64,000 nucleotides of DNA from positions 132,908-196,907 of the forward strand of contig CAZUBK010000001.1 in NCBI GenBank assembly GCA_964618725.1, written 5' to 3'. Of the stretch, positions 36,760 to 47,359 are shown in pieces. A program made the position numbers and the translations under genes. Within the stretch, counting starts at the first letter, position 1, and each line of letters begins with the position of its first letter. The DNA comes from an uncultured Pseudomonadales bacterium (GTDB taxonomy: Bacteria; Patescibacteriota; Microgenomatia; UBA1400; Chazhemtobacteraceae). The notes under the pieces are model-generated. The model did no database searches. It had not been told where the DNA came from and saw nothing but the letters and a program-made list of their open reading frames with translations.

Positions 36760-38055
36760 TTATCTTCGTCTATAAAGACTAAGTGGACCGATTTGGTCAA
36801 TGAATATGTAATTTTGTTGAATGAATTGCCAAATGGGCTGTCCATAGTCTAGCAAAGAAATACCGTTTAATTGACTTTCTCGGTTAATAGCCACGAGTGC
36901 ACTACGGTCACTTTGAAGAGCCTTGATCTGCTTTTTGACATATTGTTCATTGGCGAGATACCAGGGAAGGCTGGGGAGATAGAGATTTGAAGGCGGCAGG
37001 GTATTTGTCAATTGATATAGCTGGTCGGGGCCACCGAAAAAATATATTGAATGACGAGTGGAATTGATCACCTGAATTTGGGTGGCAATTTGATCAAGAG
37101 AAGTGGAGTAATAGAAATTAGTTGGTTGAAAGGGACGGCGGAGATAAACGACAAGTAGACTGGTAATTAGAAACAGAAAAGCAAGTAGCTTGAGATTGGT
37201 TTTTGATTCAAGAATCAAACTTAGCAGGCCTACAACAGGAAGCAGATGATAGAGCTCGAAGCGAGGGTAAGCCGCCGCTGAAGCAAATAAAAACAGTATG
37301 ATTATTTTGATGGAAGGACGATTAAGGAAGAGGTGAAGAAACACCACAAAAGTGAGTAGAATTTCGCGAAAACTAGGGAGCTTGCTGGCAAGAGGAAGAT
37401 AATAAGAGGTGTTGAAATCGAGAGTGATTAGAAAATCCTCGAGGAGATGGTTTTTGACTAGCCAAAAAAGCTCAAGGGAGGGAACGATTGAAAGAATGAG
37501 AAGAGATAATGGGGTAATAAAGTTCTGTAAATACAAAACCGCTAAAATCAGGGGAGAAAGAGTCGGACGAAGGCCGATTACGAGGCTGAGAAGGACAGCC
37601 CCAATGCCTCTTTTTATCGTGCCGGAGGAGTTTAAGTAATAGATACTCCAGACGATAAAGAGGAGAGCAAAACTTTCTATCCAGAGATGATAACCAGCGA
37701 GAATAATTTGAGAGTTAACGAATAGCCAAAATAGAAAGAAGCGAGAGAGTAGATTTTTCGTTGTTCTAACTAAGTTCAAGAGAAAACCAAGGTCGGTTAG
37801 ACCAATTATGGCGATGAAGAGGATTAAAACTGATGATGGCGAGTTGATACTAATTTGACTGAGATTAAGGGGGCCAAAAAAAAGAAGGGGGAAGTGTTGA
37901 TCTATTATATGGATATAGGGAAGCAAACCTTTTGACACAAAATACGGATAGAGAGAGATCTCGGGGCTAACGAAGAAGAAAGATCCGAAAACCAGATATA
38001 AGTGCCAAAGGAAGGGAAGGACTAAGAGTAATCTATCTAGACGTCTGATATTCAT
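36760..38055 (-). CDS. multi-pass membrane protein, probable GT-C
   Basis: About 10 TM segments; PE...PY....GLLPY..IIDQH.P first-loop motif; soluble C-terminal domain. Confidence 0.65.
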   Translation of the reverse strand: MNIRRLDRLLLVLPFLWHLYLVFGSFFFVSPEISLYPYFVSKGLLPYIHIIDQHFPLLFFGPLNLSQISINSPSSVLILFIAIIGLTDLGFLLNLVRTTKNLLSRFFLFWLFVNSQIILAGYHLWIESFALLFIVWSIYYLNSSGTIKRGIGAVLLSLVIGLRPTLSPLILAVLYLQNFITPLSLLILSIVPSLELFWLVKNHLLEDFLITLDFNTSYYLPLASKLPSFREILLTFVVFLHLFLNRPSIKIIILFLFASAAAYPRFELYHLLPVVGLLSLILESKTNLKLLAFLFLITSLLVVYLRRPFQPTNFYYSTSLDQIATQIQVINSTRHSIYFFGGPDQLYQLTNTLPPSNLYLPSLPWYLANEQYVKKQIKALQSDRSALVAINRESQLNGISLLDYGQPIWQFIQQNYIFIDQIGPLSLYRRR

Positions 38056-39445
38056 AGACGAATCCTACACCGGAAAAGTCATGAATGTTAACTTGAGCAA
38101 ATCCGGCATTAGTGAGCCAGGAACGTATATTGCCGTGCGGATCAGTCAAACCAGAGAGATATTCAAAGTAGTAAACTTTCTCTTTGTCTTTGACTGCTTG
38201 AGAAAGATTGAGATCGAGAAGGCTGGGATCCACGGTGAGGTCCTGGAGGGGTGCCGTGTAGGTAAGAGTGGGAGCGTACCAACGCACTGGAGCAAAAGCA
38301 TCCGAGAAGGCAAAAATACTGACAGCGGAAGTTTCTGACTGAACAAACGACACGGCTTCTCTCCAGTGTTCTCTCTGGAATGCAGGGGTGACCCAAAAAA
38401 GTAGATTGCTCAAAGCCATAGTAATTGTGACGATGAAGATATTAAGTAAACGTAAAGATCGAGGAAGGAAATTTAGACCTGCAGCAATGAGGCCAAAAAA
38501 AGAGGGAAGGAGAAAGACATAACGCCAGTAGCCGAGAATTGGGGTCTTGAAAGAGATAAGAGTGGCGGCGATAAGTGGAACAGTCAACCAATAAATGAAC
38601 GGGGTTAGTTTCTTGTTCTTTAAGCCTAAAAGAACTAATGACAAGAAGTAGATGGTAGTTGAAGCAGCGGCAAACAGATACAGTCTTTGAGTACCAAAGT
38701 TGATTCTACCTAGAGAGAACTTAGCAGGGATGAGAAGAAGTGATTTAAGGGTCAAGGATCCGGAAAGAAGTTTCCAGCCGGGGAGGGTCTGTGTCAGCCA
38801 TTGGCCGCCTTTGAGCTGGATTGCGAGGAATGGGAGCCAAGGAAGATAGCTGAGAAAAAGGAGGATATCAATGACAAGTAAACGAAAAAGGAAGCGACGG
38901 TGATAAAAAAGGACAAAGACTAACTGAGCGGCGAGAATAAAGAAACTGCCATAGAAACTATAGAGATTACCAAGACAGGTAAGAAGAAAGAGGGAAAAGA
39001 ATAGTTTTGATTTCGGTTCATCTAGGAGCCTAAGGAGAAGGTACCAAGAAGAAGTAGTGAAAAACGCACTTAAGGAATACATCCGGAGCTCTTGAGAATA
39101 GTAGATGTGAAGAGGACTGATAGATAGAAGAAAGACGGCGAGGAGAGCAATTGAGCGTTTTTGAGGGAAAAGGTGGATCAAAGTTAGATAGAGAAAATAG
39201 ATCGTACCAAGACCAGCGAAGATACTAGGAAGGCGTAAGAACCACTCGCTATAGTTACCGAAGCTAAGCCAGAAATGCATTATTAGGTGTAAAAGAGGGG
39301 GGTGAAATTCTCCGGCCATAGCGGGAAATAAATTACTCAGGGGGAGTCTGGCGGTCAAAAGCGTCGCCGCTTCATCCAACCAAAAGCTTTGGTTAATGAG
39401 AACAAGGCGAAGGACCAGGGCGAGAGCAAGAATTAGGTAAATCAT
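38033..39445 (-). CDS. GT-C (PMT/GT39-like) glycosyltransferase
   Basis: QSFWLDEA, HPPL, LRLPS, YYSQELRMYS. Confidence 0.85.
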   Translation of the reverse strand: MIYLILALALVLRLVLINQSFWLDEAATLLTARLPLSNLFPAMAGEFHPPLLHLIMHFWLSFGNYSEWFLRLPSIFAGLGTIYFLYLTLIHLFPQKRSIALLAVFLLSISPLHIYYSQELRMYSLSAFFTTSSWYLLLRLLDEPKSKLFFSLFLLTCLGNLYSFYGSFFILAAQLVFVLFYHRRFLFRLLVIDILLFLSYLPWLPFLAIQLKGGQWLTQTLPGWKLLSGSLTLKSLLLIPAKFSLGRINFGTQRLYLFAAASTTIYFLSLVLLGLKNKKLTPFIYWLTVPLIAATLISFKTPILGYWRYVFLLPSFFGLIAAGLNFLPRSLRLLNIFIVTITMALSNLLFWVTPAFQREHWREAVSFVQSETSAVSIFAFSDAFAPVRWYAPTLTYTAPLQDLTVDPSLLDLNLSQAVKDKEKVYYFEYLSGLTDPHGNIRSWLTNAGFAQVNIHDFSGVGFVYEYQTSR

Positions 39446-40167
39446 TGGATTGTTTTGGTTAATTTTTTTATGCCAACCACCAAAAAGTATACTGCCTGGA
39501 GATAGCTCAAGAAAAAACCATGATATCCATCTAGAAAACCGAGTTTGTAGAAGTAGCGTTTGAAGAAGTCTTTTTTTGCGGCGATGACTGAATAGAGAAA
39601 ATTTTTGGAGAGATTGCTTTGACTGGAGATCTCTGAATATGTGTTGATCTTGCCGATGAATTCGCTGATTGTTTCATAGTTCTTGTGGATCAGGAGATGT
39701 CTCAGCTGGCGGGGGGGAGTTTTGCTGACAAATTGTTCATGGACATCCGATTTCCATTTCCCCAAGGAACGATGATATAGACGGATGTGATTGTCGTCAT
39801 ATGGCCCCCAATCAGCGTGAAGAATAGGTTTGCCCCAGATGAGGTTGATACGGCCGATCTTGTAAGTGGCTTTGGTGTCTGGAAGATTTTCGATTTCCGC
39901 AGCTAAGTTTTCTGGGACCATTACGTCGGCATCGATGCTTAAGATCCAGTCGTTTTTGGCTTTTTGGTCGGCGAAGTTCCTAGTATGGGCAAAGTTTTTA
40001 AAGGGGAGGTGAAGGATGCGACAATGGTTCTCTTTAGCGATTTTTAGCGTTTTATCGGTTGACCCTGAGTCGACGATAAGTATTTCATCAGCAAAGTCCA
40101 AGGTGTCGAGAGTCGACGGAAGATCGATCTCTTCATTTAAGGTAGGGATAACGACGGTGACTTTCAT
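39442..40167 (-). CDS. GT2 glycosyltransferase (WaaE-like)
   Basis: TLNEE, VDSGSTDKT, IDAD, VHE, GFLDGYHG. Confidence 0.9.
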   Translation of the reverse strand: MKVTVVIPTLNEEIDLPSTLDTLDFADEILIVDSGSTDKTLKIAKENHCRILHLPFKNFAHTRNFADQKAKNDWILSIDADVMVPENLAAEIENLPDTKATYKIGRINLIWGKPILHADWGPYDDNHIRLYHRSLGKWKSDVHEQFVSKTPPRQLRHLLIHKNYETISEFIGKINTYSEISSQSNLSKNFLYSVIAAKKDFFKRYFYKLGFLDGYHGFFLSYLQAVYFLVVGIKKLTKTIQ

Positions 40168-41198
40168 AAGTCTTCAAATAATTCTTGGTATTGCTTGTTA
40201 ATCTTATCCCAGGAAAAAAGAAATGCCTGTTGACGAGGAAGTTTACCCCATTTTTTTTTGAGCGCCGTCTTAAGAATAGAGGCGTACTGTGTGGCGTTGT
40301 CAGGGTCTTTTACGAAGAGTCCAGCATTGCCGATGATTTCGCGACGAGAAGGATCGTCGGTAGCAACAACAGCCAGATTTGAGGCAAGGGCTTCGAGATA
40401 GACGATACCGAAGGCTTCAGAGGACTGAGAACAAAGGGTGAAGAGATCGACACTACGATAGTACTTGTTTATCTTCGGGTGGGGGACTGATAAATGGAGA
40501 AAGCGGCCTTCTCCCAGAAGTGTGGCGCCCAGATTATTTATTTTTTCATCATCGGCACCGCTCCCGAGTAAAAGAAGTGAAGCATTTTTGAGTTGAGCGA
40601 CAGCTTTGATCCCCTGCTCTACTCTTTTGTTAGATTCTGAGGCGGCCACCAGAAGAATGATCGGCGTAATGAGATTAAGTTTAGCTTTTGAACCACTGGG
40701 CTTGAATTCATCCAGATCGGCGCCATTGGGGATTACGGCAAACCTTTGGTTTGGCCAGTGGAAGGCTTTGGTCTTGGCCCAGTTGAGCTGCGTACGAGTT
40801 AGACAAATAAACACATCGGGGGCACAGAGGAGATTAAAGCGATCATCCCAACCCGGGCCGGATTGGGCCGAGACAAGAAGTTTTTTTCCTTTAAGACAAG
40901 AATAGATTCGTAAAATGAGAATCTGCCAACCACCATTGAGTGAAAAGATGACGTCGGGATTGAAGGTGGTAAGCCTACTGAGTTGTTGAAGTGTCCAAAT
41001 GCCGATAAGGAGGCTGCTTCGATCGAGATATAATCGATTTAGCAGGGAAAGGCGGGTGCGGGAGGAAAAGAAAGGATGGGGATGACTCAGAACCTTGAGT
41101 TGATTTTTTTGTTTGAGTCGTTTACTCAGTTCTTGCACAAAGGTTTCGGCACCTCGAGAATGGACTTGGTTGTGGTAATGCAGAATGGCTATTTTCAT
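40164..41198 (-). CDS. GT4 glycosyltransferase
   Basis: RGAE, IPNGAD, EAFGIVYLEA. Confidence 0.88.
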   Translation of the reverse strand: MKIAILHYHNQVHSRGAETFVQELSKRLKQKNQLKVLSHPHPFFSSRTRLSLLNRLYLDRSSLLIGIWTLQQLSRLTTFNPDVIFSLNGGWQILILRIYSCLKGKKLLVSAQSGPGWDDRFNLLCAPDVFICLTRTQLNWAKTKAFHWPNQRFAVIPNGADLDEFKPSGSKAKLNLITPIILLVAASESNKRVEQGIKAVAQLKNASLLLLGSGADDEKINNLGATLLGEGRFLHLSVPHPKINKYYRSVDLFTLCSQSSEAFGIVYLEALASNLAVVATDDPSRREIIGNAGLFVKDPDNATQYASILKTALKKKWGKLPRQQAFLFSWDKINKQYQELFEDL

Positions 41199-42523
41199 CT
41201 AGTAGGAGAAGGGCTATTGATCAAAGTAAGGACTTGCGTATCCCTAGAATAGGAATAGATAAAGTCTAACTTTTTTGGATGGGAAAGAAATAGCGGGATG
41301 GCTTGATAATCGATGGCGTGTTGTAAGTTGGGAGTCACTTCCCAATTACTTAATTGGATACGACTATCGCCATTATCAATAGCCTCTTCTATGGAACTAA
41401 TAATCATTGCCATGGCTTTCTCCTCAAAGTTAAGCGAGGGGTGTTTCAGGCGGAAAGCAACCTGATAAATCTGGTGGAAGGGATTGAAAATTATTAAGAA
41501 GAAAATAAGTAATATTGGCCAGTATTTTTCTTGAAACAAAAAGACAAAGTAAAGAAGAAGGAAAATAATCGGAGGGTAGAGATAATAAAACATAGTGTGC
41601 TGGGGGAAAAAGCTGTTGGCGGCGAGAGAGACGAAGAATGTGATTGGTAAGAGAAGTAATTTTTTGTTGACCTTAAGCGTTATAAGGAAGACAAATAGAT
41701 AAATGATGAGTGTCAGCGGAACTGAGGAAGGGATAAACTGGCCACTAAGGAGAGAAAGATAGATGGATTGAACCTTGGTGAAGCCCTGCAGACTAAATGC
41801 TCCACGATACGGATTGGTGGTCTCGGCAAAACGAGTGAGGCTATCCTTGGTGAAAGTGAAGACAAGAAGGTAGAGTGGGACAAAAACAAGAAAAGGTAAA
41901 AGTACTTTGAAGTATTTTTTACTCTGTTGCCAACCCTGGAGGAAAATAGTAAACGGGATAAGAGCGGGAGCAAAGAGAAATGCTGGCCCGTATGAGAAAA
42001 TTGCTAAGAAGTAGGTAATACCCAAAGAAAAAAAAGTGATGATCTTTTGCTTGTTTAGATAATTTAACCAGAGATCGAGAAAGATAAAGAGAAAAAGACC
42101 TTCGGTCATGACATGAATATTGGAAAACCAGGAGAGAAAAAATCGATAGGCAAAAAAAAGACTGAGCAGTAAGCTAGTGAGAGGCTTCTTGGTCAAGCGA
42201 TTCAGAAGTCGATATACCATAAACGAATTAAGGGTATGGATTACGAATAAAATTAAAAAATAGTGACTTACTTGTGTGCCGGCATGGTGATAAAGCCACT
42301 TGGTAATTAAATAGCCTATGAACTTATGTCTATCAACACTTCGCGAAAGCAGACTGTCGATGACGACTTGCTTATAGGTACGGGGGACCGCAAAAGTAAA
42401 TCCAGTAAAGTCATCAACAAAAAAATAGCGGCTATCGTTGAGAAGATAAATGAAGTAGACGGAAGTAACTAGAAGGATGAGGAGGTATGGCCAAAGCAAA
42501 TTAATTTTCTTCATAAAGACCAT
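41195..42523 (-). CDS. multi-pass membrane protein, probable GT-C
   Basis: YFFVDDF acidic motif after TM1; about 10 TM segments; start could be 42514. Confidence 0.65.
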   Translation of the reverse strand: MVFMKKINLLWPYLLILLVTSVYFIYLLNDSRYFFVDDFTGFTFAVPRTYKQVVIDSLLSRSVDRHKFIGYLITKWLYHHAGTQVSHYFLILFVIHTLNSFMVYRLLNRLTKKPLTSLLLSLFFAYRFFLSWFSNIHVMTEGLFLFIFLDLWLNYLNKQKIITFFSLGITYFLAIFSYGPAFLFAPALIPFTIFLQGWQQSKKYFKVLLPFLVFVPLYLLVFTFTKDSLTRFAETTNPYRGAFSLQGFTKVQSIYLSLLSGQFIPSSVPLTLIIYLFVFLITLKVNKKLLLLPITFFVSLAANSFFPQHTMFYYLYPPIIFLLLYFVFLFQEKYWPILLIFFLIIFNPFHQIYQVAFRLKHPSLNFEEKAMAMIISSIEEAIDNGDSRIQLSNWEVTPNLQHAIDYQAIPLFLSHPKKLDFIYSYSRDTQVLTLINSPSPTR

Positions 42524-42579
42524 CGTAGTATACGTGTAAAGGTCTTTTGTTTTGAAGTTTCTAGGTTTAGGATCTGCAT

Positions 42580-44466
42580 ATGTGCGGCATTGTAGGAAAA
42601 ATAAACTTAAACAGCAAGGCAGTTCCTGAAAAAGACATTAAGGTAATGGCCGACAAAATCGCTCATCGGGGCCCCGATGATGAGGGAATCTGGGTGGAGG
42701 AGAATGTGGGACTGGGGAACCGAAGGCTGGCGATTATTGATTTATCGAAAAAAGGTCATATGCCGATGGCTTATGATCGGAAACGATTGGTGATTACTTT
42801 TAATGGCGAGATTTATAACTTTGAGACAGAAAGAAAGAGGTTAGAAAGATTAGGTTACCGTTTTAAATCAAAAACAGATACGGAAGTGGTTTTGGCGCTG
42901 TACCAAGAATACGGGGTGAACTGCTTGAAATATTTACGGGGGATGTTTGCTTTAGCGATTTATGACCGACGAGATAAGACGCTTTTTTTGGCCAGGGACA
43001 GAGTAGGGAAGAAACCATTAAAGTATTTTTTTGATGAAAAAGTTTTCATTTTTGCTTCAGAGTTGAAAGCGATTTTGACCCAAAAAGAAGTTAAGAAAGA
43101 GGTCGATTTTGAGGCGATTCATGAATACTTGACCTATGGATATGTACCGGCGCCAAAGACAGGTTTTAAAAATATTTACAAGTTAGAACCAGGACACTAC
43201 CTATGGTTGGATTTAGAGAAGAGAAGTTTAGAGAAAAGGCGTTTTTGGAAGTTAGATTTTAGTAACAAACTAGAATTAGCGACCGAGGAATGGCAGGAGA
43301 AGATATTGAGAACACTGGAGGAATCGACCAGGATGAGAATGATGGCTGATGTGCCGGTGGGAGCATTTTTGTCTGGCGGAGTGGATAGCAGTGCTGTAGT
43401 GGCAATGATGAGCAAAGTCGCTAAACAGCCGGTGAAGACTTTTGCTATTGGTTATAAAAACAGTCGGGTGGATGAGACGCCTTTTGCCAGAATAGTGGCG
43501 GAGCGGTTTCAGACTGACCATATAGAATTGTATGTAGAGCCGATGGAGGCGGAATTATTGCCTTGGTTGGCATATCAATATGAAGAGCCATTTGCGGACA
43601 GCAGTATTTTAGTAACCTATTTAGTCAGTAAGTTAGCCAGAGAAAAAGTGACCGTAATTTTGAATGGAGATGGAGGAGATGAGAATTTTGCCGGTTATGG
43701 ACGATATAACAAGTGGAAATGGTTTACCTGGTTTCAGGAACAAGTTTGGCTGAATAATCCATTGGTGCACAGAAGTCTTGATGAGCTGGATCGCTTAGTA
43801 AAACATAAACTAACAAAAAGAATTAAACAGTTTTCTGATAGGCTCAAGGAAAATCCAGTACAGCGATTTATTTTTTGGAATAGCTACTTTGGCGAAGAGG
43901 AAAAGAAGGAGATTTATAAAAATGACAAATTGCGAAGGCTTTTGGGACAAGATGCAAGGGAATTTTATATAAATAGATTTGGAGAAACAGGAAGCAGAAA
44001 CCTAAGAGATCAAGCGCTTTACGCCGATATCAGTTCGTATCTACCAGAGGATTTGTTGATTAAGGTAGATATCGCTAGTATGGCGGTGGGTTTGGAGGGG
44101 AGATCGCCTTTCCTGGACCATAAAATGTTGGAGTTGTGTGCCAAGATGCCATTTGAGTTAAAAGTTAAGGGCTTCGGAGGGCACAAATATGTTTTAAAAA
44201 AGGCATTGGAGGGAATTTTGCCGGAGGAGATTTTGCAGCGACCGAAAATGGGTTTTAGTCTGCCGCTTAGGGATTGGTTCAAGGGAAAATTAAATTCTTA
44301 TACCAAAAGCCGATTACTCAAGGAAAAGGCAGTGGTGAGGAACTGGTTTGAAGAAGATGAGATCAAGAGAATGCTTAAAGAACACGATGGAGAGGGAAAG
44401 GACTTTGGACCCAGGCTTTGGTCGTTACTGATGCTGGAGTTGTGGTGGGAAGCATATTTCACTTAA
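42580..44466 (+). CDS. asnB: asparagine synthase (glutamine-hydrolysing) family amidotransferase, copy 1
   Basis: MCGI, HRGPD, RRLAIID, FNGEIYN, ARDRVGKKPL, FLSGGVDSS, GDGGDE. Confidence 0.93.
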   Translation: MCGIVGKINLNSKAVPEKDIKVMADKIAHRGPDDEGIWVEENVGLGNRRLAIIDLSKKGHMPMAYDRKRLVITFNGEIYNFETERKRLERLGYRFKSKTDTEVVLALYQEYGVNCLKYLRGMFALAIYDRRDKTLFLARDRVGKKPLKYFFDEKVFIFASELKAILTQKEVKKEVDFEAIHEYLTYGYVPAPKTGFKNIYKLEPGHYLWLDLEKRSLEKRRFWKLDFSNKLELATEEWQEKILRTLEESTRMRMMADVPVGAFLSGGVDSSAVVAMMSKVAKQPVKTFAIGYKNSRVDETPFARIVAERFQTDHIELYVEPMEAELLPWLAYQYEEPFADSSILVTYLVSKLAREKVTVILNGDGGDENFAGYGRYNKWKWFTWFQEQVWLNNPLVHRSLDELDRLVKHKLTKRIKQFSDRLKENPVQRFIFWNSYFGEEEKKEIYKNDKLRRLLGQDAREFYINRFGETGSRNLRDQALYADISSYLPEDLLIKVDIASMAVGLEGRSPFLDHKMLELCAKMPFELKVKGFGGHKYVLKKALEGILPEEILQRPKMGFSLPLRDWFKGKLNSYTKSRLLKEKAVVRNWFEEDEIKRMLKEHDGEGKDFGPRLWSLLMLELWWEAYFT

Positions 44467-45220
44467 GATTTTTGCGGGCAGAGATGAAGATCTGGGGACC
44501 CCAGTACTTGAAGGGGAAGAGGTTAAGTTTCCCCAGAATAGTGAAGAGGAGTTTTCGGGGACTGAGGCTTCCCGGTTCGAGTTCCCACAAAGAAGCTTGT
44601 TTAACTATTTGAAGTTTTTGGGAAAGGAGAAAGTTAAGCAGAGAACGGAGATAGGGCTCAACGGTGGTGTCGTCATCGATGTTAAGGTATTTCTTTTTGG
44701 GGATGACTTTGGTCCAGTTGAGTTGATGACTGGGCGGGAGAAGGAAATCGGCAAGTAATCCGCGGGTTAATTTAAGAAGCGGGTTCTCTTTTGAGTTGGG
44801 TGAGCGACGGTTGGGGGCGCCAAAATTGGGGCAAAGGAGAACCAGATGCCCTCTGGGCTGAAGAACACGAATGGCTTCGGAGAGAAAACGGGTGGGGTCG
44901 GTGGTATGTTCGAGGACAAAGGCTGAATAAACTAGGTCAAAGGAGTTGTTCTCGAAGGGCAAAGTCTGGCCATCGTAGAGATAGAATTTGTGATGAGGAA
45001 ATTGTTTTTTGGCTTGTTTGATGGCATAAGAGTTAATATCGACGCCGCTGCCGGTTTTAAGGGAAGGAAGGAGAGTATTGAGGCGAGTCCCTTCGCCACA
45101 ACCAAGATCGAGAATAGACGGAGCTTTTCTGGCTAAAGAACGGAGATACATCAGTCCGCTGTGGTGATCAACATTGCGACTAGCACGACGGGCATATTCA
45201 TAGTAGTACCACTGTTCCAT
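44459..45220 (-). CDS. class I SAM-dependent methyltransferase
   Basis: ILDLGCGEG, LPFENNSFD, VLEH, RVLQPRG. Confidence 0.88.
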   Translation of the reverse strand: MEQWYYYEYARRASRNVDHHSGLMYLRSLARKAPSILDLGCGEGTRLNTLLPSLKTGSGVDINSYAIKQAKKQFPHHKFYLYDGQTLPFENNSFDLVYSAFVLEHTTDPTRFLSEAIRVLQPRGHLVLLCPNFGAPNRRSPNSKENPLLKLTRGLLADFLLPPSHQLNWTKVIPKKKYLNIDDDTTVEPYLRSLLNFLLSQKLQIVKQASLWELEPGSLSPRKLLFTILGKLNLFPFKYWGPQIFISARKNLK

Positions 45221-45232
45221 GTTTTAAATTAT

Positions 45233-46063
45233 TTAATAACCGGAAGCGGGAGGAAGAAGAAGACGCCTGAGACGTTTAAACGGAGTAAGTAGGGAGGCTT
45301 TTAGCCAGAAGGAAGGGGGGGCAGGGTTGGTGACCGGAGGAACAATTGGGGGATGAGATTGAAAGAAAACTTGGGGGATTTGAGAGAGAGGGATCTTAAT
45401 TCCAAGTTCGTATTTGCGTTTAAAGGGTCTTTTGATGGTTGATTGATCGGAGGTTGATCGGAGGAGATGGGTGGCGTGAGCGTAGTGAAGATTTAAGAAT
45501 TTTATTTTCTGGGGATCGCGATTTTGGATTAAAGCACTTTTATTGTCAAAATAGCCGATTTGGCCATGGGGTAGAGCGGCGTGAAGACCGGGAATGGTGC
45601 GGCGGTTCATAAAACGAAGATTAAGATGGCCCCTGTGGCCGGCGATTTGATATAGACCGGCTGAGTTGGGCAGACGGTGATAAATATCGCCAACCAGATT
45701 GTGAGTGCGAACCACAATTGATTCGTATTGGGGATGGGTCTGCGCAAAGTGGGTGGCTTTTTTGATGGAGTTTTCTGGCCAGACTTCGTCGCCGTCGAGG
45801 ATCATAAGCCAGGAAAAACCTTTAGGGGTCTTCTCAATCATTTTCTGACGCATACTAGTAAAACTGTTGGGGTCGACATCGCCTACCTCGCGGAGATCAA
45901 TTTTGGAAGATTTGATTGACTTGACGATAGAGATGGTTTTGTCAGTAGATCCGGTATCCCAAAGCATTATTTTGTCGACATAAGGCAAGACTGAGTTAAG
46001 GGCATACCAGATGAAGCGTTCCTCATTTTTAACAAGACAGTGAACGATTATCTTGAGACTCAT
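45233..46063 (-). CDS. GT2 glycosyltransferase
   Basis: VKNEE, DTGSTDKT, ILDGDE. Confidence 0.85.
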   Translation of the reverse strand: MSLKIIVHCLVKNEERFIWYALNSVLPYVDKIMLWDTGSTDKTISIVKSIKSSKIDLREVGDVDPNSFTSMRQKMIEKTPKGFSWLMILDGDEVWPENSIKKATHFAQTHPQYESIVVRTHNLVGDIYHRLPNSAGLYQIAGHRGHLNLRFMNRRTIPGLHAALPHGQIGYFDNKSALIQNRDPQKIKFLNLHYAHATHLLRSTSDQSTIKRPFKRKYELGIKIPLSQIPQVFFQSHPPIVPPVTNPAPPSFWLKASLLTPFKRLRRLLLPPASGY

Positions 46064-47301
46064 TTAAGTAAGGTTTTCAGTTTGTATCCAGTAATAGAAA
46101 GGACTAAGGTGTTAGCGACGGCAAGTGAGATAGTTGGAGCAAAGGCACCGTACTTGGGGATTAAGAGGACATCTAGAATAACAAGAACAACTACCTGAAT
46201 AATGGTTGTTTTGGCGATAAAACTCGGTTGATTGTAGGTGTAGATAATGGGGTTAACAGTAATAATTGAGAAAAGAAAGGGAATCATAGCGAGGGTGAGA
46301 GTACTAAAAACAGGGATGGCGGCTTTGTACTCTGGACCAAAAACGAGATTGATAATGAGGGGGGCAAGAAAGATAGAAAAAATCATCAGGCCACTGACAC
46401 CTAAAACAAGTAGGGAGAGTTTCTTTAGATAACTGATAGTGGCCGACTTCTCACTAAAGATAGAGAATCTGGGAGCGACGACACTCCCAAGACTGCTGAC
46501 AAGCAGACTAAAAAGGAGTGAGACCCTACCCGCAGCAGCAAAAAGACCGGCCTCTAAACTACTATGGAGGGCATTAAGCAAAATTATATCGACTCGAGCG
46601 ATTGCAACTGAAAAGATTTGCATTACGGCAAGCCACTTGGCGAACTGAAAAACTTGTTTTGCATGGGTTTTGGGGAAGAATCTGGAGATGAATTTGAATT
46701 CCTCCCGTAACCCAAAGAAAACAACCGAGGCTGAAGCGAGAAGAGAGGCTAATAAGATTCGGTCGATATTTATGGCAGTGTAAAAAAAGAGAACTGCCGT
46801 GAGGCCTAGTTTCATCCAGGAGCCAAGACCCATTAAGAAGCTGACATGAAGAAATTTTTTCTCCGCCTTAAAGATTGCCTGGGCAAATGACTCAAAAGAC
46901 ATAGTGAGAACGAGTAAAGAGAGGAGTAGAAGATGAGTCGTGGTGGCACCGGGAAGGATGATGTGTTTAAGGGGGATTAGACTCAGGGTTACGAAGAGTA
47001 ACAGAATACCTATGAGAAGTTGGAGCCAAAAAGTGGCGGAGATAATACTATTTCGTTCCGAGGGGAGTTTGGGTAGGAAGTTAATTAGGGCCGAGGATAT
47101 ACCCATATCAGCAAGCGAGCCAAACAGGGTGACAAGAGCAAACAGGGCGGAAAAAATACCAAAATTGGCCGGACCTAGTGAACGGGCGGTTAAGACGCTA
47201 AACAACATACCGCCAATAGCAACCAGACCGTTGCCGACTAGGATAGTGAAGGCGTCTTTTGAGGTCGAAGAAAGAAGTAGACGTTTTATCTGAGATATCA
47301 T
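46060..47301 (-). CDS. Wzx-type oligosaccharide flippase, copy 1
   Basis: About 12 TM segments; ARSLGPANFG, ADMG, RVDIILL, FGPEY. Confidence 0.85.
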   Translation of the reverse strand: MISQIKRLLLSSTSKDAFTILVGNGLVAIGGMLFSVLTARSLGPANFGIFSALFALVTLFGSLADMGISSALINFLPKLPSERNSIISATFWLQLLIGILLLFVTLSLIPLKHIILPGATTTHLLLLSLLVLTMSFESFAQAIFKAEKKFLHVSFLMGLGSWMKLGLTAVLFFYTAINIDRILLASLLASASVVFFGLREEFKFISRFFPKTHAKQVFQFAKWLAVMQIFSVAIARVDIILLNALHSSLEAGLFAAAGRVSLLFSLLVSSLGSVVAPRFSIFSEKSATISYLKKLSLLVLGVSGLMIFSIFLAPLIINLVFGPEYKAAIPVFSTLTLAMIPFLFSIITVNPIIYTYNQPSFIAKTTIIQVVVLVILDVLLIPKYGAFAPTISLAVANTLVLSITGYKLKTLLK

Positions 47302-47359
47302 AAGTTGATTGTAGTCTAAAGAATCTAGTTACAGTTTGATAGAATTTGCCAATACGATA

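Noticed and set aside
39711-45321. G7 runs (39711, 45315) and T9/A8 runs as phase-variation tracts
   Set aside because: The runs are short, the ORFs are intact, and such runs are expected at this composition
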